From Candidatus Levyibacteriota bacterium (lineage in GTDB: Bacteria; Patescibacteriota; Microgenomatia; Levybacterales; UBA12049), in the NCBI GenBank assembly GCA_016180725.1, contig JACPAR010000014.1:1-58345 (forward strand): a DNA stretch of 58,345 nucleotides, given 5' to 3'. The notes under the pieces are model-generated. The model ran no database searches. It was given only the letters and a program-made list of their open reading frames with translations, and had not been told where the DNA came from. This document shows, piece by piece, positions 37,033 to 47,999 of the stretch. Each line of letters begins with the position of its first letter. The first letter of the stretch is position 1. A program made the translations under genes and the position numbers.

Positions 37033-37260
37033 TTACGACATTAATCTTTCTACAGTTGAGCTAGGTTTTGCACCTTTAGAAACCCAGTAATTATAGCGTT
37101 CTTTATTAATTTCTTTTTTTTCTGTGGCTTCATCCTTTTCATACCAGCCAAGAGATTCAATTGCGGTTCCGTCTCTCCTGCTTCGTTTTTCTTTGACAAC
37201 CACGCGAAATTTTCTTTCACCCTTTTTTCCCGTTCTGGTTAATCTAATAACAACGGACAT
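37033..37260 (-). CDS. rpsP: 30S ribosomal protein S16
   Basis: MSVVIRLTRTGKKGERKFRVVV..., 75 aa. Confidence 0.95.
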   Translation of the reverse strand: MSVVIRLTRTGKKGERKFRVVVKEKRSRRDGTAIESLGWYEKDEATEKKEINKERYNYWVSKGAKPSSTVERLMS

Positions 37261-37277
37261 ATTTGATTATTCTATCA

Positions 37278-37937
37278 TTATTTGCTAATTTTCTCAAGAG
37301 CATGCTCTGCAGCGCTTTCTTCTGCTTGCTGCTTTGATTTTCCTTTACCTTCTCCATGCAAAGTGTCGTTAATGTACACGCCTACGGTAAATTCTCTGGC
37401 ATGCGGTGGACCCTCTTCTTTCAAAACTTTATAAACTGGAGAATTTTGTTTTTGAGCTTGGACGTATTCCTGGAGAAGACTTTTAGGATCTTTAAAGGCC
37501 TTTTTTTGTACAAAAACTTCTGTTTTATTTAGTAATATTTCGGAAAGAAATTTGCTAACAATATTTATGCCTTGATCAAGATATAATGCTCCCGTGAAGG
37601 ATTCAAAACTATCTGCCAATAAACTCTGATTTTGTCTGCCTTTGGACTCTTCTTCTCCCTTGGATAGCTTTAGCATATTTCCAAAACCAAGCATATCTGC
37701 GCTTTCGGCAAGACTTTTGGTGTTAACTAAAAGAGAGCGGAGGTTTGTTAGTGTTCCTTCAGCGAAACTTGGATATTTTGTATATAAGTATTTCGATACT
37801 ACAAAAGATATTATGCTGTCGCCTAGAAATTCCAAACGTTCGTTAGATTCAAGTCTTTCTTTAGCCTCATTTAAATATGAGCGATGAGTAAACGCCTGAT
37901 CAAAAAGTTTTTTATTTTTTAGTTTTGGTAGGTTCAT
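37278..37937 (-). CDS. rnc: Ribonuclease III
   Basis: 219 aa, with the signature [11 protein letters not shown] and a C-terminal dsRBD (PKSLLQEY...[16 protein letters not shown]). Confidence 0.93.
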   Translation of the reverse strand: MNLPKLKNKKLFDQAFTHRSYLNEAKERLESNERLEFLGDSIISFVVSKYLYTKYPSFAEGTLTNLRSLLVNTKSLAESADMLGFGNMLKLSKGEEESKGRQNQSLLADSFESFTGALYLDQGINIVSKFLSEILLNKTEVFVQKKAFKDPKSLLQEYVQAQKQNSPVYKVLKEEGPPHAREFTVGVYINDTLHGEGKGKSKQQAEESAAEHALEKISK

Positions 37938-38280
37938 GTTTAATTATATTACCAAGCACACCATTTATAAAAGATGAGCTTGTTTCGCCTCCATATTCTT
38001 TTGCTAGCTCGATTGCTTCATCAATAATTACCTTGGGCGGTTCTTTTTTTTCCACTAATAATTCGTAAACAGCAAGCCTTAATATCGCAAGATCAACCTT
38101 ATTTATTTTCCCTATAGGAAAGTCAACAGCTACTTTTTGTATAGCTTGGTCTATAAAATCTTTATGGGAAAGAATTTCTTTAGTTTCTTGGGTAACAGGT
38201 TGATTATGAAATTCTACTTTAAATAAATCTTCAACCAATTTTTCCCGTTTTTTATGTCGAGGGTCAAGAGGAGTTTTCAT
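37912..38280 (-). CDS. nusB: Transcription antitermination factor NusB
   Basis: 122 aa, with [13 protein letters not shown]....[16 protein letters not shown]. Confidence 0.85.
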   Translation of the reverse strand: MKTPLDPRHKKREKLVEDLFKVEFHNQPVTQETKEILSHKDFIDQAIQKVAVDFPIGKINKVDLAILRLAVYELLVEKKEPPKVIIDEAIELAKEYGGETSSSFINGVLGNIIKHEPTKTKK

Positions 38281-38282
38281 CG

Positions 38283-38507
38283 TTACTTTTTAGATTTATT
38301 TTCCGTTTCTGTTTTTTCTTTTGTTTTGGATGAAACTTTTATTATTTGTTTACCTTTATAATATCCGCATTTTTTGCAAATTGTATGAGGTAGGTTCATG
38401 GTGCCGCAATTTGGACACAAAATACCTGCAGAAGTTGCTTGTTTTATGCTTGACCTTCTTTTTCCTTGTCTTTGTCTGGAATGTCTTTTCTTTGGTTCGT
38501 GCGGCAT
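38283..38507 (-). CDS. rpmF: 50S ribosomal protein L32 with a Lys-rich C-terminal tail
   Basis: [15 protein letters not shown]...CPNCG...[10 protein letters not shown]. Confidence 0.92.
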   Translation of the reverse strand: MPHEPKKRHSRQRQGKRRSSIKQATSAGILCPNCGTMNLPHTICKKCGYYKGKQIIKVSSKTKEKTETENKSKK

Positions 38508-38615
38508 AATAGTTATATCAAAAATTAAATATTAAATAGCAAAAATAAAATTTTTCTTTTGTGCTATATTCATTATATCTAATTTTGGTGTGTTTATCAA
38601 TAGAGCAGGCAGTGA

Positions 38616-40664
38616 TTAATCTGGAGACACTTGTTTAATGGTTATTGTTTGCAATTTCTCTAAAAGTTTAGAATATTGTGACAATTTTGGAAATATTTTT
38701 TCCGCTTCCAGTCTTGCTTTTTCGATAAGTGAAATATCTGAGAAGTTGGCCACTTTAAGCTGAGCCATGCCATGTTGCATTGTGCCATACATTTCTCCGG
38801 GCCCTCTTAATTTTAAATCAAGTTCTGCCAGTTTTGCGCCAACATGTAAAGTTTCCATCGCTTTAAGTCTTTGTAATGAATGATTAGATGTGCTTTCGGT
38901 AAAAAGTAGACAGTATGATTGCTTATCTCCCCTACCCACCCTTCCTCTTAGTTGATGTAATTGCGCAAGGCCAAACCTATCGGCAGCTTCTATAAGCATA
39001 ATAGTTGCATTTGGAATATCAATACCAACTTCTACAACCGGGGTTGTGACTAAGATATCAAATTCTCCATTCCTAAAACGCATAAGCACATCGTCTTTTT
39101 CCTTTGCTTTTATCTTTCCGTGTAAAAGTCCAAGACGAAGATTTTTAAATTCTGTATTTTTTAGTCTATCAAACTCTTTGGTTGCAGCCTTGATGGTTTG
39201 CATACTTTCTGATTCTTCTATAAACGGACAAATAATAAATGCCTGACTTTTTGTTTCTAGAATTTGTTTTTCTATCCATCTATAAGCATTTTCCCGTTTT
39301 ACAGGCGGTACGAGCCATGTTTTTATTTCTCTTCTGCCTTTTGGCATTTCATCTAGATAAGACAGATCCAAATCTCCATATAAAGTTAGTGCAATCGTGC
39401 GAGGAATTGGTGTTGCGGTCATGGTTAAAAGGTGCGGATTATTACCTTTTTTCCTAATCAGCGTTCTTTGTTCAACGCCAAAACGTTGCTGTTCGTCGAT
39501 AACAACAAGACCCAGCTTTTCAAAATTAATTTTATCCGATAAAACAGCATGAGTACCAATAAGAATATCAAATTTCCAATTTTCCCCTTTTTGATTATTT
39601 ACTTGAGATTTATTACTTCCGGTTACTAGCTCAACCTTGACTCCAAGCGGTGATAAAAGATTATTTATTGTTTGATAATGTTGTTGGGCTAAAATTTCTG
39701 TTGGTGCCATAAGCACCGATTGATAGCCGTTAAGACAAGTTACATACATGGTGATAGCAGAAACAACGGTTTTCCCGCTTCCAACATCTCCTTCCAGCAA
39801 TCTGTTCATTGGTCTTGAGTAGGCCAAGTCAGCAAAAATGTCTTTTACTGCCCTTTTTTGCGCATTTGTTAGCTCAAAAGGTAATTTCGACCAAAACTCT
39901 TCTATTTTTTTGCTAAATTTTGTTATAGAAAAAGGTGTACCTGTTAATTTTTTTTCCCATTCATTTCTGCGGGAAATTGCAGCTAGTTGAAGAAGAAATA
40001 ATTCATCAAACGCAAGTCTTAATCTTGCTTTATTTACTATATCCTTTGATTTTGGAAAATGAATTTGTTCAATTGCGTCATAAATTTCCATAAAATTGTT
40101 ATTTTTAATAATTGAGTAAGGAATATATTCGAGTAAATTATTTTTTCTTTCTTGCAGAATCTTATATATTTGGCGGCGTAACCATTTTGATGATAATCCT
40201 TTTGTTTCTGGGTAAATCGGTACCAGTCGTCCGGTATGTATAGCTGTATATTGTGTATTATCTTGTCTCAGTAATTCGTATTCGGGAGACTCCATGTAAG
40301 GCTTTCGATTAAATATTCCAATTTTTCCGGAAAGAGATATATTATCTTCCTCATGTATTACTTTGGTAAGAAAAATTTGGTTAAACCAGGTAACATCAAT
40401 AATTCCTGTATCATCTGCAACCTGTGCCTTTTGTAATCTGATGCGCCTTGTATAGTCGTTTTTGATATTAACCACCTTTCCTAAAATAGTCACAATTTCT
40501 CCCTGTTGGACTTGATTAATTTTAGAGATAATCGAGTAATCTTCGTAGCGGGATGGAATATGAAACAATAAATCTTCAAGTTTTTTAATACCTAACTTTT
40601 CAAACTGTCTTAAGTATCTGGTATATATCCTGCCCGCTTTTTGAATAGGCGTTTGTAAATCCAT
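38616..40664 (-). CDS. recG: ATP-dependent DNA helicase RecG
   Basis: 682 aa. Wedge/OB N-terminus, GDVGSGKT, DEQQRFGV, TATPIPRT and QLRGRVGRG. Confidence 0.95.
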   Translation of the reverse strand: MDLQTPIQKAGRIYTRYLRQFEKLGIKKLEDLLFHIPSRYEDYSIISKINQVQQGEIVTILGKVVNIKNDYTRRIRLQKAQVADDTGIIDVTWFNQIFLTKVIHEEDNISLSGKIGIFNRKPYMESPEYELLRQDNTQYTAIHTGRLVPIYPETKGLSSKWLRRQIYKILQERKNNLLEYIPYSIIKNNNFMEIYDAIEQIHFPKSKDIVNKARLRLAFDELFLLQLAAISRRNEWEKKLTGTPFSITKFSKKIEEFWSKLPFELTNAQKRAVKDIFADLAYSRPMNRLLEGDVGSGKTVVSAITMYVTCLNGYQSVLMAPTEILAQQHYQTINNLLSPLGVKVELVTGSNKSQVNNQKGENWKFDILIGTHAVLSDKINFEKLGLVVIDEQQRFGVEQRTLIRKKGNNPHLLTMTATPIPRTIALTLYGDLDLSYLDEMPKGRREIKTWLVPPVKRENAYRWIEKQILETKSQAFIICPFIEESESMQTIKAATKEFDRLKNTEFKNLRLGLLHGKIKAKEKDDVLMRFRNGEFDILVTTPVVEVGIDIPNATIMLIEAADRFGLAQLHQLRGRVGRGDKQSYCLLFTESTSNHSLQRLKAMETLHVGAKLAELDLKLRGPGEMYGTMQHGMAQLKVANFSDISLIEKARLEAEKIFPKLSQYSKLLEKLQTITIKQVSPD

Positions 40665-40675
40665 AGCTAAACTTC

Positions 40676-40783
40676 TTAGTTAAGAAGAGTAAAATAAGGA
40701 AGAAATGATGTAATAATTAAAGCAAGTGACGCTATTATAACAATAACCGTCCAAATCCACCTATGTTTTCTAAACATGTCCAT
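40676..40783 (-). CDS. Possible 35-aa single-pass membrane peptide
   Basis: Hand-translated as MDMFRKHRWIWTVIVIIASLALIITSFLPYFTLLN*. It fills most of the recG-purH spacer. There is no homology evidence. Confidence 0.25.
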   Translation of the reverse strand: MDMFRKHRWIWTVIVIIASLALIITSFLPYFTLLN

Positions 40784-40816
40784 ATAATTATTATATTATT
40801 TTAGCATATTTTAAAG

Positions 40817-42385
40817 CTAGTGCCAGAAGGCGCGGCGGTGAGTGAGCACCATGGGAATTCCTGCCTTATTTGCCGCCTCGATAGATGCTTTATCGTTTAT
40901 AGAACCCCCTTGTTGAATAATTGCGGCAATGCCATATTTTGCCGCAAGTTTTACCGAGTCATCAAACGGAAAAAAACTATCGCCGGCTAAAATCGCGCCT
41001 TTTGCATTTAGTCCTGCTTGTTTAAGTGCAATTTTGGTTGATCTTACTCTTGATGTTTGTCCACAACCTATTCCTCTTGTCATGGGTTCTTTTTTATCTA
41101 TAACAATTACGGCGTTGGATTTAATTCTGGTTATGAATTTCCAAGCAATCTTCATTTGCTCAAGTTGTTCGTTGGTTGGTTTCTTATCTGTAACAATTGT
41201 CCAATTTTCAAATGATCTTTCAATATCCCAATTATCATTAGTTTGCAGAATAAATCCGCCCTCTATCCATTTTGTATTTAGGGCATTTTTATTTATCGGA
41301 GGAATTCCCCCAAAAGTATATAAGCCCATGGTTCTTCTGACTTGAGAAAGATATTCCACTGCTTCTTTTTCTATTTCTGGTGCGGCTACAATATCGATAT
41401 TTGCTCTTCTTTCATCTTTAAAGGCTCCGATTACCTTTGCCGCGTTTATATCAAATAAAGTATTCAGAATAACAGCTCCACCAAAGGCAGATTCCGGGTC
41501 AGCTTCTATTGCTCTTTTCAGAGCTTCTTCGGCAGTATTTCCAAGTGCTATACCGCATGGACTGTTATGTTTAATAATTACGCCAGCAGGTTGATTAAAC
41601 ATTCTTACCGATTCAATGCCGGCATTGATATCAGTAATATTAACTAAAGAAAGATCTCTGCCAAAAAGCTTAATTAGGTTTTTTAAAGGCTCATTATTAT
41701 TTGGATATGTATAAAAAGCTGCTTTTTGATGGGTATTTTCGCCATAACGCAGATTTGTTGTTAGTCTTCCCGGAATAGTAATTTCCTTAGGGAAAAGATC
41801 AGTATTCAAAAACTTAGCAATTTGAGAGTCGTAAAAAGATATATGACTAAAAGCTTTTGCCGCCAGTTCTTTTCTAAATTCAAATGAATCTTTGCTTGTT
41901 TTGAGTGATTCAGTTACTTTTTGATAGTCACTTGGATCAATTATTATCAAAACGTTCTCAAAATTTTTAGCCGCAGCTCTTATCATTGTAGGACCGCCAA
42001 TATCAATGTTTTCTATAGCATCCTCTAAGCTTACTTTTGGACTATTTATTGTTTTTTCAAATGGATAAAGATTGCAAACTACAATATCAATTGCTTTAAT
42101 ACCTAGCTCTATTGCTTCTTTTACATGAGATGGTTTAGAGCGGTTGAACAATATTCCAGATTCAATCTGAAAACTAATTGTTTTCATTCTGCCGTCAAAA
42201 CTTTCTGGATTTCCTGTAATTTCTTGAATGGGTACAATACTTACTCCATTTTCAGTAAGCTTTTTTGCAGTTCCTCCGGTTGAGATTATTTTATGACCTA
42301 AAGAAGAAAGGTCTTTGGCAAATTCAACAATACCTGTTTTATCAAAAACACTTATTAATGCATATTTATCTGTTTTTTGAGTCAT
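40817..42385 (-). CDS. purH: Bifunctional AICAR transformylase / IMP cyclohydrolase
   Basis: ALISVFDKTGI (MGS-like domain) and the C-terminal AICARFT domain ending HRRAFWH-like. The start is placed at Met15 (42385), downstream of the tyrS stop. Confidence 0.92.
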   Translation of the reverse strand: MTQKTDKYALISVFDKTGIVEFAKDLSSLGHKIISTGGTAKKLTENGVSIVPIQEITGNPESFDGRMKTISFQIESGILFNRSKPSHVKEAIELGIKAIDIVVCNLYPFEKTINSPKVSLEDAIENIDIGGPTMIRAAAKNFENVLIIIDPSDYQKVTESLKTSKDSFEFRKELAAKAFSHISFYDSQIAKFLNTDLFPKEITIPGRLTTNLRYGENTHQKAAFYTYPNNNEPLKNLIKLFGRDLSLVNITDINAGIESVRMFNQPAGVIIKHNSPCGIALGNTAEEALKRAIEADPESAFGGAVILNTLFDINAAKVIGAFKDERRANIDIVAAPEIEKEAVEYLSQVRRTMGLYTFGGIPPINKNALNTKWIEGGFILQTNDNWDIERSFENWTIVTDKKPTNEQLEQMKIAWKFITRIKSNAVIVIDKKEPMTRGIGCGQTSRVRSTKIALKQAGLNAKGAILAGDSFFPFDDSVKLAAKYGIAAIIQQGGSINDKASIEAANKAGIPMVLTHRRAFWH

Positions 42386-42398
42386 ATTTAAAAAAATT

Positions 42399-43607
42399 TT
42401 ATGAGGCAGGTATTTGTACTTTAACAAACTTTCTTTTTCCTACTTTAATAATTGTTCCGTTTTCTGGCGCAAAAGTAGCTTGGGGATTGTCAATTAACTT
42501 GTTATCAATTGTAACTCCTCCCTGCTCTACCAATCTCTTAGCATCGGATTTGCTTTCTGCCAGTTCTAAGCCAGCTAAGGCATCAATAATAGTTGCGCCG
42601 GACACGAGAGACTCAGGAAGATTAATCGTTGGAATTTCTTCTGGCGTTTCTTTCTGTTGGACTGTTCTCTCAAAATTTTCTTGTGCTTTTAACGCTTCTT
42701 GTTGGCTATTTAATTCTTTAGTGATCTCAAATGCCAGTTTTTTCTTGTATGTCATGGGGTTTTCTCCATTATCGATTGCTCTTTTAATATTTCCTATTTC
42801 TTCCATTGGTATATCTGTTAGATATTCAAGCCCTTTAATAATTACATTGTCAGGAAGAGTCATTAATTTGCCAAAAAGACTTTCCGGTTTATCTGTTAAG
42901 CCAATGACATTTCCTTCTGTTTTACCAATTTTTTTACCGCTAGCATCGGTTAATAATGGAGTGGTCATTACAAATTTCTCTTTATTTTTTATTTTATGCA
43001 TCAGATCCCGTCCTGTCATCATATTAAATAATTGGTCACTTCCCCCTATTTCCAAATCAACATCCATAGCTACGCTGTCGTAACCCTGAAGTAAAGGGTA
43101 AAGAAATTCGCTAAGGGAAATATCTTTTTCGTTTTCTAAGCGCTTTTGAAACATGTCTCTTTCTATAGTTTGTTGAACAGAAAGGTAAGCCGTGAGTTTT
43201 AAAAGGTCAGCAGCAGATAATTTATTTAGCCATTCGCTATTATATTTAATTACAATTGGATTATTTCCATCAAATCTTAAGATTTTAGAAGTTTGTGTTT
43301 GGTAGGTTTTTGCGTTTTCTAAGACTTGTTCGCGTGTTAAGAGAATACGAGACTTATCTTTTCCGGTTGGATCACCAATCATGCCGGTAAAATCACCAAT
43401 AAGAAAAATTACTTCGTGTCCTAAGTCTTGCCACTGTCTGAGCTTTTTAAGCCCCACCATATGTCCAATATGAAGTTCTGTAGAAGTTGGATCAAATCCC
43501 TGGTAAATTTTTAATTTTTTTCCGCTTCGAAGCGTTTTTTCTAGCTCTTCTTTTGAAGGGTAGATTTTATCTACTCCCCTTCTAAGCAATTCTTCGATTG
43601 CATCCAT
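42399..43607 (-). CDS. tyrS: Tyrosine--tRNA ligase
   Basis: 402 aa, with the HIGH motif (ELHIGH), KMSKS-like KIGKT, and a C-terminal S4 domain. Confidence 0.93.
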   Translation of the reverse strand: MDAIEELLRRGVDKIYPSKEELEKTLRSGKKLKIYQGFDPTSTELHIGHMVGLKKLRQWQDLGHEVIFLIGDFTGMIGDPTGKDKSRILLTREQVLENAKTYQTQTSKILRFDGNNPIVIKYNSEWLNKLSAADLLKLTAYLSVQQTIERDMFQKRLENEKDISLSEFLYPLLQGYDSVAMDVDLEIGGSDQLFNMMTGRDLMHKIKNKEKFVMTTPLLTDASGKKIGKTEGNVIGLTDKPESLFGKLMTLPDNVIIKGLEYLTDIPMEEIGNIKRAIDNGENPMTYKKKLAFEITKELNSQQEALKAQENFERTVQQKETPEEIPTINLPESLVSGATIIDALAGLELAESKSDAKRLVEQGGVTIDNKLIDNPQATFAPENGTIIKVGKRKFVKVQIPAS

Positions 43608-43667
43608 GATATGAGTATATCATAATTTTATTAATTAGGTTAAATTTGCTATACTTATAGAATAAAT

Positions 43668-46022
43668 ATGGCTGAATATAGTAGAAGGCGACGTAGATAT
43701 TACAGCTCTATTAACATTTTTCTTCTCAGTCGTCTTGCAAGATTTGCCTTTTTTGGCTTAATAGGTGCAGTTGTTCTTTTAATCATTCTATTTATTTGGT
43801 ATGGTCGTGATTTGCCAACACCCGGAAAACTTTCGGCAAGTAATCTTTCGCAATCAACCAGAATTTTAGACCGCAATGGAATTGTTTTATATGACATTTT
43901 TAATCAACAAAATCGTACTTACGTAGAACTAAGTGTCATACCAAAAACTTTACAGCAGGCAACAATAGCGATTGAAGATAAGGACTTTTATACAAACAAG
44001 GGCTTTTCTATCACCGGTTACTTAAGAGTTGTAAGAAATTTGCTTTTACTTCAGGGATTATCCGGAGGGTCGACCCTAACACAGCAATTAGTAAAAAATA
44101 CGCTTTTAACTTCGGAAAGAACAATTCCCAGAAAAATTAAAGAGTTTATTTTGGCTGTACAGGTTGACAGGAAATATACAAAAGACCAAATTTTAGAGCT
44201 TTATTTAAATGTTGCTCCGTATGGGGGTACAGCGGTTGGTGTTGAAACAGCTTCCGAAAGCTATTTTGGAAAAAAAGCTAAGGATTTAAATCTTGTAGAA
44301 TCTGCAATTTTAGCAGGGCTTCCGCAAAGGCCTTCTTATTATTCCCCCAATGGTGCTCATCCAAAAGCTTATGTAGACCGGGCAAAAGATGTTTTAAGAC
44401 GCATGCGGGAGGATGGGTACATTACAAGCAAGCAGGAAAAGGATGCAGATAATTCACTTGCTAGTGTAAAGTTTGCAAAACAAGCGCATTCGATAAAAGC
44501 ACCGCATTTTTCTTTTTATGTTAAGGATCTGTTAATAAAACAATTTGGGGAAAATATGGTTGAGCAAGGAGGGCTGCAGGTTTATACAACGCTTGATTAT
44601 AAACTTCAGGAAAAAGCAGAAGAAATTGTTAATGAGGAAGTTTCTGCAGCAAGATATTTAAAGGTGGGAAATGGCGCAAGTGTTGTTTTAAATCCTAAAA
44701 ACGGCGAAATTCTTGCAATGGTTGGAAGTAAAGATTTTTTCGCAACAGAAAGCGCATCTACCGGAAAAAATAAGGTTGCTTTTGATGGGCAATTCAATGT
44801 AATAACGCAGGCTCTTCGTCAGCCCGGTTCGTCAATAAAGCCTGTAACTTACGCAACTGCTTTGCAGCAAGGATATACAGCGGCAACACTTCTTATGGAT
44901 GCGAAAACTGTTTTTCCAAACCAGGGGGAAAAAGATTATACTCCGGTAAATTATGATGGTAAGTATCATGGGCCGGTACAAATGCGTTTTGCTTTGGGAT
45001 CATCGCTTAATATTCCGGCTGTTAAAATGTTGGCGATGGTTGGTATTAAAAATATGCTGATAACTGCAAACGATATGGGATTAACAACTCTTGCTCCAAC
45101 GTCTGAAAATATAAGGCGTTTCGGTTTATCACTTACTTTAGGTGGTGGCGAAGTACACCCCTTAGATCTTGCTTCTGCTTACTGTGCTTTTGCAAATGGA
45201 GGTTTTAGAGTAGAGCCTATTGCAATTTTAAAAATAACTGACTCTAAAGGAAACGTTTTATACGAACACAAAGATGTTGTAAAAAGAAAAGTAATCAGTG
45301 AAGAGGTTGCTTTTATTATTTCTCACATTCTTTTGGATAATAATGCAAGACTATTAACTTTCGGTGAAAACAGCTATCTAAATATAAGAGGAAGAACGAT
45401 TGCTGTTAAGACAGGAACAACCGATGATAAAAGAGATAACTGGACAATAGGTTGGACACCAAGTGTTTTGGTAGCGACATGGGTTGGGAATAACGATAAC
45501 AGCGAAATGGGAAATGTTGCATCGGGTGTAACAGGCGCTGCTCCAATTTGGCGACGGATAATTCTCGAAGCTTTAAAAAATAAGTCCAGTGAAGATTTTC
45601 CAGTACCGGCTAATGTAGTTGCTTTAACTATTGATTCGTATGGTGGCGGAGCACCAATAGATGGGAAGCCTACTCGTTCGGAATACTTTATAAAAGGTAC
45701 AGAACCGCAGGGTCCCAGCCAAATTTATAAACAACTAAAAATTTCTAAGGAAGATAATAAAAAACTGGCAAGCGATAGTGAGGTTGCAAAAGGCGAATAT
45801 GATACTAAAAAGTTTATTGTTCTATCAGAAAATGACCCAATTTCTACTGATGGTAAAAATCGCTGGCAGGATGGAATTAATGATTGGATTAACGAAAATT
45901 ATAAAGACGATTCAATGTATCACCCGCCAACCGAAAAATCTAATCGTGTTGTTTCCGACAACCCAACTCCAACCCCATCGCCGACTCCAACCCCTACAAT
46001 AACGGTGACCCTAACCCCTTAG
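43668..46022 (+). CDS. Class A penicillin-binding protein (glycosyltransferase GT51 + transpeptidase) with a Pro/Thr tail
   Basis: 784 aa. N-terminal TM helix; GT51 motifs EDKDFY and GGSTLTQQL; transpeptidase motifs SSIKP and KTGTT; C-terminal NPTPTPSPTPTPT. Confidence 0.92.
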   Translation: MAEYSRRRRRYYSSINIFLLSRLARFAFFGLIGAVVLLIILFIWYGRDLPTPGKLSASNLSQSTRILDRNGIVLYDIFNQQNRTYVELSVIPKTLQQATIAIEDKDFYTNKGFSITGYLRVVRNLLLLQGLSGGSTLTQQLVKNTLLTSERTIPRKIKEFILAVQVDRKYTKDQILELYLNVAPYGGTAVGVETASESYFGKKAKDLNLVESAILAGLPQRPSYYSPNGAHPKAYVDRAKDVLRRMREDGYITSKQEKDADNSLASVKFAKQAHSIKAPHFSFYVKDLLIKQFGENMVEQGGLQVYTTLDYKLQEKAEEIVNEEVSAARYLKVGNGASVVLNPKNGEILAMVGSKDFFATESASTGKNKVAFDGQFNVITQALRQPGSSIKPVTYATALQQGYTAATLLMDAKTVFPNQGEKDYTPVNYDGKYHGPVQMRFALGSSLNIPAVKMLAMVGIKNMLITANDMGLTTLAPTSENIRRFGLSLTLGGGEVHPLDLASAYCAFANGGFRVEPIAILKITDSKGNVLYEHKDVVKRKVISEEVAFIISHILLDNNARLLTFGENSYLNIRGRTIAVKTGTTDDKRDNWTIGWTPSVLVATWVGNNDNSEMGNVASGVTGAAPIWRRIILEALKNKSSEDFPVPANVVALTIDSYGGGAPIDGKPTRSEYFIKGTEPQGPSQIYKQLKISKEDNKKLASDSEVAKGEYDTKKFIVLSENDPISTDGKNRWQDGINDWINENYKDDSMYHPPTEKSNRVVSDNPTPTPSPTPTPTITVTLTP

Positions 46023-46041
46023 CTGATTTTTTTAAATTAGA

Positions 46042-47997
46042 TCATGCTATTTTTACTTTCAGTTCTTTTTTGAGAGCAGAATAGATTTTGACCCGTTCTT
46101 TAGATATTTCTTCATTAGTTAAAGTCTTTTGCGGATGTTGATAGGTTACTCTAAAAGTTTTTTTGTTTTCGAAAACATCAAGCAAAGAAACATTAACCAC
46201 CAATCCACTTTGTTTTTTAATTACAGAAATAATTTCCTCATATAATATTTTTGGATCAATTAAAAGCCTGACGTCTTCGATGATCGGCGGAAATTTAGGA
46301 ATCGGTTTATATATCTTTTTAAGAGTTGCAAATTTTAGAATTGTTTGGAAATTTAATTCAAAATTTATTATATATTGATCTAATATCTCAATATTACCAA
46401 GATTATTGTCTCCAATATAAATTTCTGCACCTGCTCCTCCGTTTTCTCTCTTTTTAAAGTTTAAACTTTTAATACCAAGGTCGGTCAGCAATTGTTCGAT
46501 AGTCCCTTTTACCTCTAAAAACGAAACATGCTCTTTTTGAATTACTCCGGCAATTATAAGTTCTTCTTTTGGAAGAGAATTTTCTTTCTTTTTATACACA
46601 TTTGCAATCTCAAAGATTTTTATTTCTTCACGATTTTTATTGTCTTTTAAAACTTGCAAAAGACTTGGTACAAGAGTTGTTCGCATGTACGTCATATCTT
46701 CTGTTAAAGGATTTGATAGCTCTACTGCTTTTCCTATTGGACCTTCCAAAAGTTGTTCAGAGACCATTGAATAGGTATAAACTTCGATAAACCCCCAGTA
46801 TTTTAATGCGTTTTTAATTCGTTTTTCCCAATAGAATTCATTGTGTTCCAAAGAGTAGTTTTCTACTCCCGTTAGAGGTGGAGTAATACTGGGAAGTAGT
46901 TGATAACCAAAAACTCTTGCTATCTCTTCTATAATATCTTCTTCTATAGTTACATCTTTTGTTCTCCAGCTTGGAACTTTTGTTGTTAGACTGTAATTTT
47001 CTATTTTTGTTTCAAAACCAAGACTATTTAATATTTGAATAGAAGTAGTAGCTGGAACTTTTATACCAATAACTTTATCTATTTTTTCTAAACTAATAGA
47101 AATTATATTTGTTTTTATTTTATTTGGGTAAATATCAACAATATTGGAAGCAAGCTTTGCGTCAGCAATTTTTTTATAAAGTTCAATGCCTTTTAATAGA
47201 GCAGTCATTGCTAACTCCGTGTCAATATCCTTTTCGTTTAAAACTGCTGCTTCTGTTCTAATTGCCAAAAACATGGAAGTTTTTCTAATTCTGTGTGAAT
47301 CATTATTGTCGATAAACAAAAGTATTCTTTTTGTCTTATTGGTAACAGCACTATTAGCGGTTCCTATTACTCCTAAAAGATCAACAATTTCTCCTTTTCC
47401 GTTATCCGCGACTATATCTCCTCCTTGCAGAATATGTGTTTTTCCATCCAGAGTAGTTACTTTTTCTCCTTTTTTTGACTCGCGGATAATAAGGGTATGG
47501 GTTATAAGTCTATCGTAATCAAAAACATGAACCGGGTGTCCGGTTTCTCTCATTACAAAATTAGTTACATCAACTAAATTATTAAGCGATCTTATTCCGG
47601 ATGCTTCGAGCCGATTTTTTATTATTTTTGGAGAGTCTTTAAGATTTACTTCCATAACAGCTGCACATATTCTATTAACAAGCGAAGGATCGTTTTTAAT
47701 ATGAATGGGCAGAATTATTCCAGGTTTTTGTTTTACTTGAGATACCTTAAGAGGTATAAAAGTAGCGGGAATCTTAAATTTTGGAAGCACAGTTGCCGCT
47801 TCTCTTGCCAATCCAACTACAGACATTAAATCCGGCCTGTTAGTTGTGACCTCAATATCATAAATATAATCAGTTTCAAATCTTTCAATTTTTTCTACAG
47901 AAACACTAGTTAAAGATAAAACTTCAGCAATTTTTTGAGGAGTTGCTTTTGTTTTAACACGTTCTCTTAGCCAGCTATCTAATATTTTAATATTCAT
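46042..47997 (-). CDS. pheT: Phenylalanine--tRNA ligase beta subunit, short form without the N-terminal tRNA-binding domain
   Basis: 651 aa. The B3/B4 domain lies at the N-terminus (NRPDLMSVVGLAREA). B5 and the FDX-ACB-like C-terminus are present. It directly follows pheS. Confidence 0.9.
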   Translation of the reverse strand: MNIKILDSWLRERVKTKATPQKIAEVLSLTSVSVEKIERFETDYIYDIEVTTNRPDLMSVVGLAREAATVLPKFKIPATFIPLKVSQVKQKPGIILPIHIKNDPSLVNRICAAVMEVNLKDSPKIIKNRLEASGIRSLNNLVDVTNFVMRETGHPVHVFDYDRLITHTLIIRESKKGEKVTTLDGKTHILQGGDIVADNGKGEIVDLLGVIGTANSAVTNKTKRILLFIDNNDSHRIRKTSMFLAIRTEAAVLNEKDIDTELAMTALLKGIELYKKIADAKLASNIVDIYPNKIKTNIISISLEKIDKVIGIKVPATTSIQILNSLGFETKIENYSLTTKVPSWRTKDVTIEEDIIEEIARVFGYQLLPSITPPLTGVENYSLEHNEFYWEKRIKNALKYWGFIEVYTYSMVSEQLLEGPIGKAVELSNPLTEDMTYMRTTLVPSLLQVLKDNKNREEIKIFEIANVYKKKENSLPKEELIIAGVIQKEHVSFLEVKGTIEQLLTDLGIKSLNFKKRENGGAGAEIYIGDNNLGNIEILDQYIINFELNFQTILKFATLKKIYKPIPKFPPIIEDVRLLIDPKILYEEIISVIKKQSGLVVNVSLLDVFENKKTFRVTYQHPQKTLTNEEISKERVKIYSALKKELKVKIA

Positions 47998-47999
47998 AA

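Noticed and set aside
42265-43083. A 272-aa ORF on the plus strand, together with many other 60-170-aa ORFs in the track. Examples are 852-1073, 1080-1430, 2244-2507, 4983-5309, 40929-41345, 48159-48524 and 55345-55854.
   Set aside because: All lie antisense to, or out of frame within, long well-recognised genes (tyrS, gyrA, gyrB, purH, pheS, aroB). They have low-complexity, Leu/Ser/Phe-rich translations typical of shadow ORFs in AT-rich DNA, and no motifs.
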